A stretch of 64,000 bases of DNA from contig NC_081391.1 in NCBI RefSeq assembly GCF_030684315.1, forward strand, positions 6,738,178 through 6,802,177. The letters are read 5' to 3'. This DNA comes from Stegostoma tigrinum. Taxonomy: Eukaryota. The notes beneath the pieces are model-generated. The model was not told the DNA's origin. It saw nothing but the letters and a program-made list of their open reading frames with translations, and ran no database searches. Shown here piece by piece: positions 50,289-62,680 of the stretch (position 1 is its first letter; each line of letters opens with the position of its first letter). The translations under genes and the position numbers were made by a program.

Positions 50289-53200
50289 AAAGAAGGGAAC
50301 ATGCTGCTATTTGCTAAACCTAAACGGGTATCTGTAATAAAAACCAGCCTGATACCGCTCATTGCTGCAAGTCTTATTTCCTGGAGCTCTGCCCATCTCT
50401 CCACTTCCTCAAACAATAGTGTTGGCATTCAGGGACCACAAATGCCACTTTTGGTGTTGATATACAGCTCTTGAACTCTCTCTCTCTTCCCCTTAGCTAA
50501 GTGTGAAGGTGGATGATCAGAATTAGTAGGCTCCTTGACTAGTGAATATCCTGTGAAGCTAGATATGTTCTATCAGGGGTCATCAGATAGGAATTGGAAC
50601 TGAAGTCTTCCTTGTCTGGGAATACAAATGTCGTAACTCGGCCCGTAATTTAAGATGGGGTTGAGAAATCTTTTCTTGGAGGTTTGTTACTAATTGGAAT
50701 TATAACAATGGAAGCTGCTTAAAGCAGAGTTACGTTTTTCATTCACTAGGTGGTCCAAGGTTGTGGATGGAAAGTGTGCAGAATCCATTCAGCCATGATT
50801 TTATTGAATGGAAGAAATGGCTGAAAGGGTGCACTCATGTTTCTAATGTTCTTGTGTTAAGCCAGTTAAAGATTTTATTGATGTGCAGCATTTTCCCATG
50901 TTCTTTCTGTTGTATTTAAAAAAAACACTTCAATAAAGGAGGCAATTAATTAAACTGAGGCAAAACATCTTTCCAAATATAGCTTCCTGTTATCATTGCT
51001 TCTTACTGGCTAATGACTTAATCAATACAGTCTATTTATAAAACTCTTAAGTATATAGCCTTATCCTCAGCAAGCATTGAACTGTAATTAGATTTCAGAG
51101 CTATTTTAATTACTGTGGCATCAGCAGAACTATTATATGAATGAAGTAAACATCAATATAAACACATGGAATCTTTGTGCTACATGCTATTTGGCCCATT
51201 GTGCCTTTGTTGGCTTAGCAAAGAGTTATGTATTTAGCCCCTGTTCCCTCCTCTTTCCATGCAGTCCTGAACAGTTTTTCTTCAAGTCCAAAACTAATTC
51301 CCTTTTTTGCCTGGCTCTGTTCTTAGTTTTCACATGTATGATGCAGTATGGTCCTAACCTTTCCTTTATCAGATACTACTTTCATCTCTGGAATCATGAG
51401 AGAGCAAAATACTGCAACTGCTGTAAATCTGAAACAAACACGGAAAGTGCTGGAGCAATGCCGCAGGTCTGGCATCATCGTTGGAGAGAGAAATGGAGCT
51501 ACTGTCTAAAGTCCACTCTCCTTCACCGATGCCTACACACAGTTGTAGCAAGATTTTTCTGTTCCATCTCTATTGCAATAAAGACCAACATTTCATTTGT
51601 TTTAATCATTTACTATATTTCAGTGCTAACTCAGTGTGATTGAAGTACAAGAAATCCATGTGCCTCCTTTATACTGCATTCTGAAATATCCCTCTTTCAG
51701 TATTGATATGCTTTGCTACTCTTCCTGCTGATGTGGGTGATCTTGCACCTTCCCACATTTTACTCTAAATTTTTTTTTTAACCCCTGGAGCCCATCTTCA
51801 GCCCGCTGTGTTTGGATCTTTGTCACAAGTTGCTCTCCTATCGATCTTCCTATTACCTGGAATTTTAATTATGCTTTTAATGGTGGTAACCTCTGTGAAA
51901 GATGTTATTCAACTTTCTAAACTGTTATTCATTGGCTTCTCTTTTGTGCCAAAACCTGAGTGCATGTCTTGAGTTGATCTTAAATCATGAAGTAATTGAG
52001 CTGTATCTTGCGTCTTTTCTGCCTTTCATACTTTTAAATGGCTTCGGTGGGAAAGTGTATGTATCACTGGCCCTGTGACTTGGCTAAGTTTTAGTATTAT
52101 GTCAGATGTAACTGACAGAGAAAACCCTTCTGGAATTACTTGGCAGTTACATTTATTTTATTTCAGGTCAGCACCTGCCTCTGAAGTTCAACTAATAGAC
52201 TGTTTGCCTCACTGCATGTCACCAAAACCTACTTAAAAATCTTTTGGTTAGAATTTGCTTGTGGATTAAAAATCTTTCTCCATATGCTGTCAAATTTCTC
52301 TTGTTCTTGCTTTGGGCCCACCCATGTCCGCAAAGATTTTATTAAGCCGATGAGTAGCGTGTACCTATTTAAAACTCAATCTTTCAACCTGGTTAGTAAA
52401 TGTTCTTGTGCTTTCATTTTAAACTGGTCTCTTGTGTTACTGGGAGGATGGCTCTGAGTGAGTTTGTTTCTGTGGGCGCACACTAATAGGAAGCTACTTG
52501 CCAGTGGTTGCAGTTCCCTTTGATTTGCAAGGAGGTGTCCTACTTGCTATTGCAGATGATTTCTCTGTTTCTTCATTGTGCATTGAAGCTTTTAGTTAGG
52601 ATTGCACAGTCTAAAGTGTCTCCACCTGATCCTTGGCTTCTTACTGTCTCCTTGAGGTATTTTTAATTGCATGGTCAGGCATGTGGAATAACACATCTCC
52701 AGTGCATTTGGGCTTGAACCCAGCCCTTTTCACTCAGGTGCTACAACTGTGCCACAACAGCCTCAAGGTGACTCCTTTACTTTGGCAGAATCATAGATTC
52801 TCAATAATCAGAGTTAGGATCCTGCTGTTGTAGCAAGAAGTAATTACAGCTCCATACTTAGCATGCTGTCCTGCTCCTGAACTATGCACTATGGAAGAGC
52901 ACTGTGACTGTGGTGCTAACAATTAAAACTTTTTATTTTCCCTTTTTCTCCCCAACTGTGATTTCCTCTCATTTAGTGATTCTGTTGGTTTTCAGAAACA
53001 TGCATTATTGCACTCTAAAGAACCTAACCCCAAATAAATTAGGGGCTGCAACCCATTGTTTAAACAGCTGCAGCAGCCTATCTCGATGTAACAATAAACT
53101 AAAAAGACCAACAAATATCTTTTTACTGGTGATCAGGGCAAGAATGTTAACCAAGACACTGCCAAACCTCCCAGCTTGTCTTTGAATAATGCCCTGGGAT

Positions 53201-53726
53201 CTTTTCCATCCTCTTGAAAACCCTCTGAAGTGACTTTTTGGTTCTGCATTATTACCAGAAGGATCTCTCTTTGAGTGTGGCATGGCTGCCCAGATTGTGT
53301 GCATTTAAGTTTAATTAAATGAAAGCAGCAACAGAGAATGATGAAAGCCAAGATAGTTTAAAATTTTGTCTGAGGAGCTTAGGGGTATGGTGGGTTAGCT
53401 TTTATTTCTGACCTCTGAGTGAATCCAATTAAGGTATGAGTAGCTTTCTTTTGGCTTCAGGGTTCTAACTAAAATTAGATTTATTGGCGAGAGTGAAGGA
53501 GATGTGGTTCTTAAATCACTGTATTGCATGAAAACAGACCATTTCATTATAAATTGAAAATAAACTTGGCTATTCTGCTCTTAGGTGGTTGGTGTGGACT
53601 AGAAATGAAATGGAAAGACGATACTGACTTCATGGCAGTTGGTTTTCTGAGCCATTATATATTTATTTAGTATTTAGGCAGAGGAAGAGGGAACATCTAC
53701 TTCCCTTTAACTATCCGCCACCAAGT

Positions 53727-53820
53727 CAGAAGTCACACAACATCAGGTTGTAGTCCAGCAGGTTATTTGAAATCACAAGCTTTCGGAGCATAGCCCCTTC
53801 ATCAGGGGAAGGTGACTTCA
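53727..53820 (-). mobile_element. Mini Penelope-like terminus (family C) with hammerhead core
   Basis: Minus strand reads CTGATGA-A-GGGGC-tat-GCTCC-GAA-AGCT-T-GTGA (53773-53805); gaagtcac / gtgacttc are inverted ends. Confidence 0.75.
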
Positions 53821-55086
53821 CATCCTGTCCTCCATGAGTATGTGATGTGGCTGCAAAGCATAAGCAATCAGTGAATCCACAATCTTCTGATTCAGATGAG
53901 GTCCATGTGCCACTTGTTTACACCATGCAGCGTTCCTGAATGCCTCTGACTCTGTTCAATTTAATTTTAATTTTAGTCTTCCTGTTTCAACTTTGAAAGT
54001 CAGTTGTGTTTTGTTACAATATTCAAGTAATATTATTTTGATATGTAACATTAATGTGATCTTTCAGATGTGAATTATTTCTTAAGGAACTTCTACAGAG
54101 TAATGTTTGCTGAACCTTTACTAGTGACTTCCTTCAGTCAGAAAATTGTGTCTTTTCCAGTCTTTGCATCACTCTCTTCTGCTATGGATCTGGAGATAGA
54201 TGATCCCATCGGGATCACCGGGACACCCATCGGATTACTTATTTCTGGACCCGTAGCAGAAGCAGTGATGCAAAGAGTGGGAAGGACTGCCCTTCAGCAA
54301 GTCCAACCTAAGCTATGGGTGCGTTACATAGACGACACCTTTGTTATCATTAAATGGACCAAATGAGAAGAAAGACACAAACTCATAAACAACACCCTCA
54401 CCGGAGTAAAATTCACCAGAGAAGAGGAAAAGAACAAACAACTCCCATTCCTGGATGTCATGGGAGAGCGCAAGACAAATGGGGAACTGCAAATGAAAGT
54501 ACGCCGAAAAGCCACACACACAGACCAGGTATTGAACTTCAATAGTAACCATCCCAGCACACACAAACGAAGCTGCGTGCGAATACCCTTTAAACGGGCA
54601 GCAGCGTGGAACTAAGCCACGAGGAGGAGGAATACTTCTTCCAAGTGCTAAGGATAATGAATATCTAAAGAACTGAGTCAGGAGATGCCTAGAGGAACAG
54701 CACCAGAAAGATCCTACACACCTCGACACACTCCTCACACTGCCCTACATCAGGAAGACGTTAGAACTCACCACAAGACTCCTACGACTGCTGGGCATCA
54801 GAGTGGCACACAAACCCATATCAACCCTACGACAAGTGCTCACTTGAACTAAAGACAGGACAAGGACAGGACCAATGTCATCTACAAGATCCCCTGCAGA
54901 GGGATCCTCACCCATCTCAAACCACCTGGTCAAGGAGAACCACAACTTCGACTGGGACAACACCAAGATCCTGGGAAAGGCCAGGCAGAGACAAGAATGA
55001 GAATTCCTGGAAGCATGGCACTCCACGAAGCAGGTTATCAATAAACACATTGAACTCGACCCCATATACATTCCACTACGGAGGAA

Positions 55087-55262
55087 GATAATAAAATGTG
55101 AGGCTGGATGAACACAGCAGGCCAAGCAGCATCTCAGGAGCACAAAAGCTGACGTTTCGGGCCTAGACCCTTCATCCTGAGATGCTGCTTGGCCTGCTGT
55201 GTTCATCCAGCCTCACATTTTATTATCTTGGAATCTCCAGCATCTGCAGTTCCCATTATCTC
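55087..55262. mobile_element. Young fold-back mini Penelope-like element (family A) nested in the family D element, 15-bp TSD
   Basis: Perfect 53-bp arms at 55087-55139 and 55175-55227. TSD tccactacggaggaa at 55072-55086 and 55263-55277. Confidence 0.93.
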
Positions 55263-55359
55263 TCCACTACGGAGGAAACCTGGAAGTGAGGCAATCCATC
55301 GCGACGGACCCCAGAGTTTAAAAACCAGGTGGGAAAACACACCGATGCTTCATCAGAGG

Positions 55360-55403
55360 CTGCACTGAGGATGTTACCAAGCATAGTAATGAAACGCCTG
55401 CGG
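55360..55403 (+). ncRNA. Minimal hammerhead ribozyme motif in the family D pLTR, one core substitution
   Basis: CTGCA-CTGAGGA-T-GTTAC-caagcata-GTAAT-GAA-ACGC-C-TGCGG. Stem I CUGCA/UGCGG, stem II GUUAC/GUAAU; the expected ACGU reads ACGC. Confidence 0.65.
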
Positions 55404-55759
55404 AACAACAAACCAGCTCGGCGAGACAACCAACCTCAACAGTAGTGTCCTCTCCGATGAGGCTTTGGGCTGAGCTGCTGTTTACACGGGAGTGATCTAA
55501 AAGGCACTTTTTGAAGTGTTTTTTTTTCTGGCCAGCATTCATCCTTCAACCAGCACCAATGAAATAGGTCGACTCTAACTTTACATTTACAGCTTGTAAC
55601 TCATTGCTGTGTGCAAATTACTAATTCTATTTATGAAGGGACACTTCAATTGTACTTAATTTGCTGTGAAACTTTAGAGTGAGGAGGAGTTTTGAGACAT
55701 AGCATGCAATCTCCATAGGTGTCGTAGAAATGCAGACCATTTTCTTGGCACTAAATGGA

Positions 55760-56080
55760 TGACTCAGTGGCTAGCGCTGTTGCCTCAGCGCCAGGAAACA
55801 GCTTCCATTCCACCCTTTGGACACTGTCTATGTGGAGTTTGTGCATTTTCCCTGTGTCTGCGTGGGTTTCCTCCGGGTGCTCCGGTTTCCTCCCACAGTC
55901 CAAAGATGTGCAGGTTAGGTGGATTGGCCGTGCTAAATTGCCAGGAGTTGACAGGGGTGTGCAGGCTGGATGGGTTTGTCATGGGAAATGTAGGGTTTCA
56001 GGGATACGGGAGGGGAGTGGGTCTGGTTGAGATGCTCATCAGAGGGTTGTCATGGATTTGATGGCCTGCTTCTGCACTGA
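55760..56080 (+). mobile_element. HE1-like V-SINE
   Basis: ctcagtggctagcgctgttgcctcagcgccagg..gcgtgggtttcctccgggtgctccggtttcctcccacagtccaaagatgtgcagg. Confidence 0.9.
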
Positions 56081-57139
56081 CATTTCTTAGAAATCACAGA
56101 ATCCCTACAATGTGAAAACTCTGGTTAGGGAGTGTTGAAATAAGGATTCTCTCAGATACCTTTAGGACTAAGTAACAGGGTGCAATCACCACTGCTTGAT
56201 ATCTGACTGTATCAACGTATTTGCCAAAATGAAATGGAATGTGCAGCATGGAGGCAGACCTTTGCTTTTGGTTGGTCAATGCCAGTGTTAAACACGAAAC
56301 CATTTTTGTTCTTAACTCAATCAACATCCCCCATGCCTTTGTCCAAGCTGATCTGTCCCAATTGAGCATCAGATTAAACCTCTTTCATCTAGATGTCTGC
56401 CTACTCAGAGTCCATCCATATAAGATGGTCACCAAGAAGCCCAACAGAGAATTTGGAAGGAATTTCTCATAACCCGAAGAGTGGTAGGAATATGGAACTC
56501 GTGGATGGTTGAAGCGGACATTATAATCTCTATTCAAGAGGTAACTAAAGAATCATAGGGAGAATAGCAGCTGGTAGAATTTCACAAAAAATGGCAAAGC
56601 CTCAAATGATCACCAGAACCAGCATTGGGCCAAGTGGCCAGTTTGTGTGGTATATCCAAAACAATCCTCCAGTGTGAATAGCAGACAGTACTGTGCTGTC
56701 TTCTGAGGGTAATTTGTCTTTGGAATTCTCTAGCCCAGTGAAGGTGGCAGACTCGGTCTTTGAATTTGTTCAACGTTCCAGGCTGAGCTCGATTGGATTT
56801 TGATTTATAAGAAAGCCAAGGGTTGTGGAGAAAACTGCCAGGGAAGTGAAGTGAAACTCATGATCAGATTAGCAACTCTTATTGACTGCCAAAATGAGCC
56901 TAAGGTGACAAATGACCTCCCATTTCTTACTACGTTTGACTTCTCCATCTCCTCCATTCCTTTTAAGATACTTAATACCTCTTTCGCTTATCTTTTTCTC
57001 ATCAGCTGTAACGTCTGTGGCTGTGCCAATTTTGTCAGATGACCTACTTGTGAAGATCTTTTTGCATTAAATGTGATATCAAATTGAAAATTGTTGTGTT
57101 CCTTCTAATCTACAAATACGCTTATTGCCCTAACTTCCA

Positions 57140-57455
57140 AAGAGGGCTTGACAGAGTAGATATTGAGAAGTTGTTACCCACTTAAGATTCTGAATCCAGG
57201 TATTTGGTTGGAGAGTCTGCCATTTTGGACTGAGATGGGAGAGATGTCTTCGTTCGGGGTTGTGAATTTGCTATTTCAATGTACGTGGCCCTCAGTTGCT
57301 GAATGTATTCAAGGCTGGGGATAATAGAATCTTAAGACTCATAGAGGGACAAAGGGCGTCAGGTGGGAAAGTGGACTTGAGGTTAAGGATCAGTCATGAT
57401 TCTGTAGAATGACGGAGAAAGCTTGAGGAGCAGGCAGGATGACCCACTTCTCCTA
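57140..57455 (+). mobile_element. Old CR1 3' fragment
   Basis: gggcttgacagagtagat..gggttgtgaat..gaatgtattcaaggctg..gatcagtcatgat. Confidence 0.6.
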
Positions 57456-57654
57456 CTGTTGCTGTTATTGTTTATCATTTTTTATCTTTCCTAATTCTGC
57501 CAGATGTTGAAACAAAATGCATTACGTTGTTTTAACCCAGTGCATTCTTCCCTGTAACGTTAGTCTGTTGAGATTTTTACCACTGTACCAGAATCCACAA
57601 GTTTGCAAACACTTGTCACTGACCCACTATTTCCTGATTTACCTAAGTGTTCCC

Positions 57655-57925
57655 CAAGTACAGTCCAATTGACCCAACATAACATATCCACACTGACCGT
57701 CTGAAGAGCATGCTGCATCCCCAAACATCCCTGCACACTACAGGCAATTTAGCATGGCCAATCCACCTACCTTGTGCATCTTTGGACAGGGGGAGGAAAC
57801 CAGAGCACCCGGAGGAAACCCACGTAGACAGAGGGAGAAAGGCAACCATTTGAGATTGCACCGAGGTTGGACTTGAGCCCAGGTCCCTGGTGCTGTGAGG
57901 CAGTAGTGTTAACCACTGGGCCACT
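57655..57925 (-). mobile_element. HE1-like V-SINE
   Basis: Reverse complement of the V-domain and tRNA head. Confidence 0.88.
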
Positions 57926-58200
57926 CTTGTGTAGCTTGGTGTTTTAGTTTAATTTCTTAATGTAATCTAAGTTCTCACTTAACAATTCCTGTTTTGAGCT
58001 GTTATTCCAGTTTGGATTTTGATCTTTCTCTGAGTTGGTTTGGACAAGGTAGAGAATCCCGTATAGTATCATGCAAGGCATTGTTTTGTTGTGATTAAAC
58101 CACATTTCATAAGTGGTTTCTCTCATCCACAAAGGCTGCAGAGTTTGTTAACACTCTCTCTGTGCACAGTCTTGCTGAGACCATTGTCTTGTGGCTGCAG

Positions 58201-58437
58201 TAGTGCTTCCCAAACTTTTCCCGCTGAGATTCCATTTTGAGGCTTGAAATCTGTTCACCCTGCAGTGAGAATGCTGTAGTAGGGAGGAGACCTGGAAAGG
58301 TTGGGTTTGTGGGGAGCTGAGATCTGGTGCCTGTTAAAGCATGAACATGGTTATTCAAACTCATTTCGAACTTTGTGTACACTGTTGCTCCAGAGCTCAC
58401 AACGTCAACTTCCTGAGCTCCACTTTGGGAAACCTTG
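58201..58437. mobile_element. Possible ancient hAT-Charlie-type MITE
   Basis: Degenerate TIRs tagtgcttcccaaac / ctttgggaaaccttg; 8-bp flanks ggctgcag / agctacgg differ only by transitions. Confidence 0.4.
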
Positions 58438-59371
58438 AGCTACGGTATGCAGTACAATTGGTTTTCAATTCTCTCTCAAATGTTGTAATTATATAATATT
58501 TACCATGGTGAAATATTCCAGAACTTATCAGGACTTATCAGAAATTTAGCACTGAGCTCTGAGGGGTGATGTTAGGACAGTAAGCCAAAGGCTTGGTTCA
58601 AGGTACAAGGGCAGAGATATGGGGAGGTTTCAGGAAGGCATTCAAAAGCTTGAGATTCATGCAGCTGAAGTGATGCCTGTGAACTAGCGAGTGATGGAAG
58701 TAGGAGATATGCGGAAAATTGTACTTTATTTTAAACGAACTTTGTGATTTCTGAATGGCAAGGTTTAGGTGTGGAATCTAGATGCAAGAAATAACTTGTC
58801 CATGAGTAAAGGAAAGGTCCTTTGGCATTGAATAGTAAGTCAGACCATCTCTAGTGAGCTCATTTGTACTATCACCTGTTGTTTACGATGTTCTCTTCCT
58901 TACCTCTTCCCTCCCCTGTACACTTGACCTTCTGAAGACCTGTCTTTGAAGTACCAATCTCTGCGATAACTGTGCATTTTACCACTTTGGCCTTTTTCTC
59001 CCTAGTCATTCCCATATTACATTATATAAGACCATTCCTTTACTGCCACTGTGTCATCTCCCCAAATAACACTGAGTGTGCTTACACCACTTGGACTGCA
59101 ACAGGTTAACATTACCACTGCCTTAGAGCAATTAGGAGTGGGAGGGGGCTTTGGAATTTTGTTTTCAAGAGGAAAATGTCTCATAAAAGCATCATAAAAG
59201 AGTAACACTGTTGGTAGTGATAGATGATGGCAAAATCTTGGAAAGATCTTTCAAATGTGTGTGCGCAGGTAGAAAATTGTGGACATGCTTTTTAATGTTT
59301 GGGTTGCCTGTGGGTAATTGGCGCCCGTCTGAGCACTTAGTGACTCGGAAAAGGGCTGTGTTAAACAGTAT

Positions 59372-59561
59372 AACAGTGTGGAGCTTGAGGAAGACAACAG
59401 ACCAGGCAGCTTCAGAGGAGCGGGAAAGCTGATGTTTCGGGTCTGGAAGAAGGTTCCCGACTCAAAATGTCAGCTTTCCTGCTCCTCTGCTGCCTGGCCC
59501 GCTGTAGTACTCCAGCTTCACACTGGCAGCAATGCTTCAGCATTGGCAGTTCTTACTATCT
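59372..59561. mobile_element. Fold-back mini Penelope-like element with 16-bp TSD
   Basis: Inverted arms agtgtggagct..aaagctgatgtttcgggtc / gactcaaaatgtcagcttt..agcttcacact. ctgtgttaaacagtat is identical at 59356-59371 and 59562-59577. Confidence 0.85.
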
Positions 59562-60019
59562 CTGTGTTAAACAGTATGCTGCCTTTATACTCGCTCTTGT
59601 CTGTGTTCCTAGCACTGCCATCACCTGTCTTGGCTCCTTTCTGTTGTCAGGCTGTTTGGCACCACTTCTTGGACAAGCTGCAGTTTGCTCCAGTTAACTC
59701 CTAACTCATTATCAGCTCCTACTTTCAGGATTCCCACCGGCACCGTTGATTCCACTGCCCTCGCCAGTGCCAAGGCTGAGTCACCCTGCTCACAATCTCA
59801 ATATACTGTTCCACTGTGAGCTGAATTTCTTCCTTATGCATTACAGTCTACTTCTGTCACCTTAAATGACCTATCTTTTGTTTACCCCTGCTATCTTGTC
59901 CGTTGGCCTGGTGTTTGCTTTATTCCGATTACAACTCGAGCATCTATCTTCATTTAAAGGCATTCTTTAAAAATGCATGTGTATTAACATCTGTGTTTGT
60001 GATCTCTTTTTATCTGTTA

Positions 60020-60345
60020 TTCTTCCATAGGATGTGGGTAAGGCTGACAAAGGCAGCATTTTAATGTCCATTCCTATTTGCCTGTGAACAGAGAGGCTTG
60101 CTTGGCCATTTCAGACAGCAGTTAAAAGTGAACTGCATTGCCTGAGGGTCTGGAATCGCATGCAGGTTTAACTAGCTCAAGGGCACTAATGAACTAAATG
60201 GGTCTTCACAAATGTCAGATTTTTATGATTTGAATTTTCATTCCACCAACTTCTTTGGTAGGTTTTGAACCCAATGTTCCATGTGTTATTATTTGCCTCA
60301 ACCTTTGGATCGCCAGTCCAATAACATTACCACTATACCACTGTC
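60020..60345 (-). mobile_element. tRNA-SINE copy, degenerate (22406 family)
   Basis: ggatgtggg..gcagcattt..gggtctggaatcgcatgcagg..tttgaaccc..ccagtccaataacattaccactatacc. Confidence 0.6.
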
Positions 60346-61677
60346 AACCCTTGGTTTGCCCCACGGTTGACACTTGACTTGCTTGTAATGTCAGTGATTA
60401 ACAAAAGAGGGGAGGAAGAAGAATCCCAATGCCTAACTGGGTAACATGCATCTCATCTGGGCAGATTAGAGTGTAGGCTCAGAGCTACTTGGTAACTTCG
60501 TGTCGCTGTAATGATGTAGCTGTGATCCCTCTTGCTGTCCTCTGTCATACTTGTGCCCTGCAACAGCCCCCAATTCCTAAAGGGAGGTACCTTGTGCAGG
60601 ACATCATATAATGAGGGAATGCTGTTGTGCATCAGCAGACGCAGTCCTAGACAGAAGGATGATCCAGTTTCAGTGGCAAGGAAATATCGACTGGGGATCT
60701 CCCTGCTGCTGTAGCTTTCACCTGTCATCACAGCCGTTGACATCATATGAATACTTTCTACCTGAATCACCATTTGAGGACTTGTTTTGGATTTGCTTTG
60801 GCTGGTTCCACTCCTTCAACCTTACTGTCAAGGTTAATCCTACCAGGAATTGAGAACAGCTGGCACATCACTCATGGGAGCAACAGAACATATGAACCTC
60901 TTTGCAGGCAGATGGCAATCCATGGGAAGAAGCACCCCCCACCTCCCTACTCCATACATGTAGATGCTACTCCTCCGCACCTTCAGTGTGCAGCAACTAT
61001 GGGTCAGATTGCTGAAAGGGAATTGGTTAAGATCACATTTCAGGAGTTAAGCTGTAGCATTTTTACTGTTGGTTGATCTCTGGATGATTGCCCTGCTCTC
61101 GTTCCAAAGAAAACATTTTGCGCAGAGAATGGTGGGGGAGAAAAATTACTGGCTTGTGTGTTAGATTTACATGTGAGGATCGTTAAGATAAATGAGTTCT
61201 GGGAGTGTTGTGAAGAATACATATGGGAGAGTGAGACAATGCTAGATGGATCCTGCTCTGCAAGTGAAATCTCAGAATGGGTTTGACGGCTTGGAACTCA
61301 TACCCCACATTTGCTGATATAACTAAGTTTCCTGTCTTGAGACTTTTTTCTGTTATTGTCTTTGCGTTTGTTTGTATTCTTTCATGAACCACAGCTAACC
61401 GAACTCATGACTGAAACTATAACAAAATCCTTTTAAAGCAGGATTATTTTTTCCATTAAAGTGGACCGGCTGGAGATTGATGTTAAGCAAAATGCAGTAC
61501 GTGAAGGATAATCATTCTTAAAAGGAGACTAGAAGTTGAAGCTTTTTCTCTTGCAGTCATCATAACTGCAACACGACAAACAAACATGAATGAAGAAGCG
61601 ACACCACTTTATACTAAGGGTGCTGATAGGTTGGGCCATATCTGTCATGGAGGTGCATCAAGGACAGTTGGTTAATC

Positions 61678-61805
61678 TAAAACAAAGAACTGCTTTTACT
61701 GGAGATATGAAACAAACAAAAACAAATTGCTGGAGAAAGTCAGAAGATCCGGCAGCATCTGTGCCGGAATAGCAGTTAATATTTTGAGTGCAGTGACCCT
61801 TGTTC
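61678..61805 (-). mobile_element. Mini Penelope-like terminus, degenerate
   Basis: aattgctggagaaagtcag..ggcagcatctgtg..gttaatattttgagtgcagtgaccct. Confidence 0.6.
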
Positions 61806-62371
61806 ATAATAGTTAAATGTCAGTCTTAATTCTCAGATTAAGCAGGTAGTTGCTGATTGGTCAGGGCATGGCCATGGTGACGCAGCACATGCAGTGGTTT
61901 AATGGCCCCTTTTCTGAAGGGATACAATGTTTATACAGATTCCTTCTGTTGACATAAAAATTTGTCTTGAGTATTAATATGTTAGGGTTCTAATGCATAT
62001 AAATACATGACATTGCAGGCCTGGCTGATCATCTTAGATCATTTAAATTGGTTGAGCACGTGCTGTCTGAAAATGAGCAATTCGTTAGTGCATGTGGCAG
62101 CTTAGAATATCCAGAGTAGCCATACTTTGTGTGAAATAAGTTTTGAAACTTACGCATACACATTCTGTTACTTCCACTGTGTTCATCCCTCTGTCCTTCA
62201 TATGTCAAATAAACTTTGATTGCCAATTACTTTCATTTGAAGAAATACATCCGTTTTCCAACCTGGGATGCTCAAAAATAGGGCCACTTATTTATTTCCC
62301 TACCTACTCCCGTTTTGGGTGCACCAGGGCCAGTTTTATTGCACTAGTTGAGGTTAACTGACTTGCCTCGG

Positions 62372-62680
62372 AATAAAATACAGTAATGCTGGGAATCTGA
62401 AAGAAAAACAGAACAGGCTGGAGAATCTCCACAGACTAGGCAGCACCTGTAGAGAGAGAAACAACTATCCTTTCAGGTCCAACTCAGAGTGGTAAGGGCG
62501 TGGAACGCCCTGCCTGCCAATGCAGTTAGCTCAGCTGCATTAGGGGCATTTAAACAGCCCTTGGATAAGCATATGGATAGTGATGGGATAGTGTTGGGGG
62601 AGGGGCTTAGATTAGTTCACCGGTTGGCACAACATCGAGGGCCGAAGGGCCTGTTCTGCACTGTATTGTTCTATGTTCTC
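62372..62680. mobile_element. Mini Penelope-like terminus (~62372-62483) followed by a + strand CR1 3' end (~62484-62680)
   Basis: aatgctgggaatctgaaag..ggcagcacctgtagagagag; then cagagtggtaagggcgtggaacgccctgcc..gggccgaagggcctgttctgcactgtattgttctatgttct. Confidence 0.75.

Larger units (their letters stand above)
54205..55440 (+). mobile_element. Penelope-like element (family D), 5'-truncated and decayed: RT, GIY-YIG remnant, pLTR
   Basis: GTPIG..ISG..AEAVMQ..PKLWVRYIDDTFVII; KFTREEEKNKQLPFLDV; SNHPSTHKRSCVR; LPYI; NVIYKIPC; HNFDWDNTKILG; EFLEAWHS. Confidence 0.92.

Noticed and set aside
51137-51643. 168-aa ORF
   Set aside because: Runs through reverse CR1 3' UTR and a mini Penelope-like remnant; no recognisable domain.
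52738-52760. cag GTG CTA CAA CTG (VLQL) as the next MRTFA exon
   Set aside because: Continues CHNS rather than KLQQRR, is in the wrong phase after CAG, and lies in a reverse tRNA-SINE-like remnant.
53425-53434. Perfect CArG box CCAATTAAGG (SRF/MRTF autoregulation?)
   Set aside because: Several are expected by chance in 64 kb of AT-rich DNA, and others fall inside CR1 coding remnants (8381). There is no supporting context.
61557-61619. 63-nt open phase 1-1 segment after a good acceptor (ttttctcttgcag)
   Set aside because: The donor GTGCTG is poor and the peptide is not recognisable.
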